From the NCBI GenBank assembly GCA_951406725.2, contig OX597824.1, positions 96,162,001 to 96,226,000 of the forward strand: DNA of 64,000 nt, in the 5' to 3' direction. Every line of letters starts with the position of its first letter. Position 1 is the stretch's first letter. The notes beneath the pieces were generated by a model, which did not search any database, was not told the origin of the DNA, and saw only the letters and a program-made list of their open reading frames with translations. Of this stretch, positions 63,650-64,000 are shown piece by piece. The position numbers and the translations under genes were made by a program. This stretch comes from Octopus vulgaris (Eukaryota).

Positions 63650-64000
63650 AGGCACCAGCCAATCATGACTGATGCCAGTCCCCCCTGACTGGCTCCTGTG
63701 CCGGTAGCACTTAAAAAGCACCCTCCAAATGTGTTCATTGCCAGACCTGCCTTACTGGCTCTGGTGCCACGTAAAAAGCACCAACTGATCATGACTGATG
63801 CCAGTACCCCCTGACTGGCCCCTGTGCTGGTGGCACATAAAAAGCACCATCCGAACGTGATCATTGCCAGGCCCGCCTTACTGGCTCCTTTGACATAAAA
63901 AGCATGCACTACACTCTTGGAGTGGTTGGCATTAGGAAGGGCATCCAGCTGTAGAAACATTGCCAGACCAGATTGGAGCCTGGTGCAGCCACTGGCTCTC
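63650..64000 (+). mobile_element. Family C retroposon with subrepeats, truncated by the window end
   Basis: Four GCACRTAAAAAGCACC-type units, then GGTTGGCATTAGGAAGGGCATCCAGCTGTAGAAAC. Confidence 0.75.

Overview
AT-rich, repeat-dense eukaryotic genomic DNA, most likely an octopus/coleoid cephalopod (inferred from the SINE families, (TA)n load and gene architecture). Two spliced protein-coding genes sit head-to-head with only 418 bp between their start codons. YY1 (Polycomb-recruiting zinc-finger TF) is on the minus strand: coding exons 1-3 at 11828-11378, 3981-3825 and 184-127, with the remaining zinc-finger exons beyond the left edge. A complete sphingolipid delta(4)-desaturase (DEGS1/DEGS2 family) is on the plus strand: exons 12247-12328, 31987-32729 and 36914-37060, 323 aa. 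The rest is tRNA-derived SINEs, LINE fragments (CR1, RTE, CRE, Penelope) and MITEs (piggyBac-, hAT-, mariner- and Merlin-like). Most notable: (1) a candidate multi-layer YY1 autoregulatory module, comprising a dense cluster of YY1 motifs in its own intron 1 and an unannotated 70-nt exon in intron 2 that is in frame if it replaces exon 2 but introduces a stop if added to it, with a 14-nt complementary intronic partner; (2) YY1-DEGS divergent linkage matching human YY1-DEGS2; (3) three distinct type I hammerhead ribozyme motifs within about 630 bp (52.2-52.8 kb), in (TA)n-embedded Penelope-like termini near a GIY-YIG remnant; (4) a CpG-rich TIR element flanked by a perfect 28-bp direct repeat. 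All calls are by eye; no searches were run.
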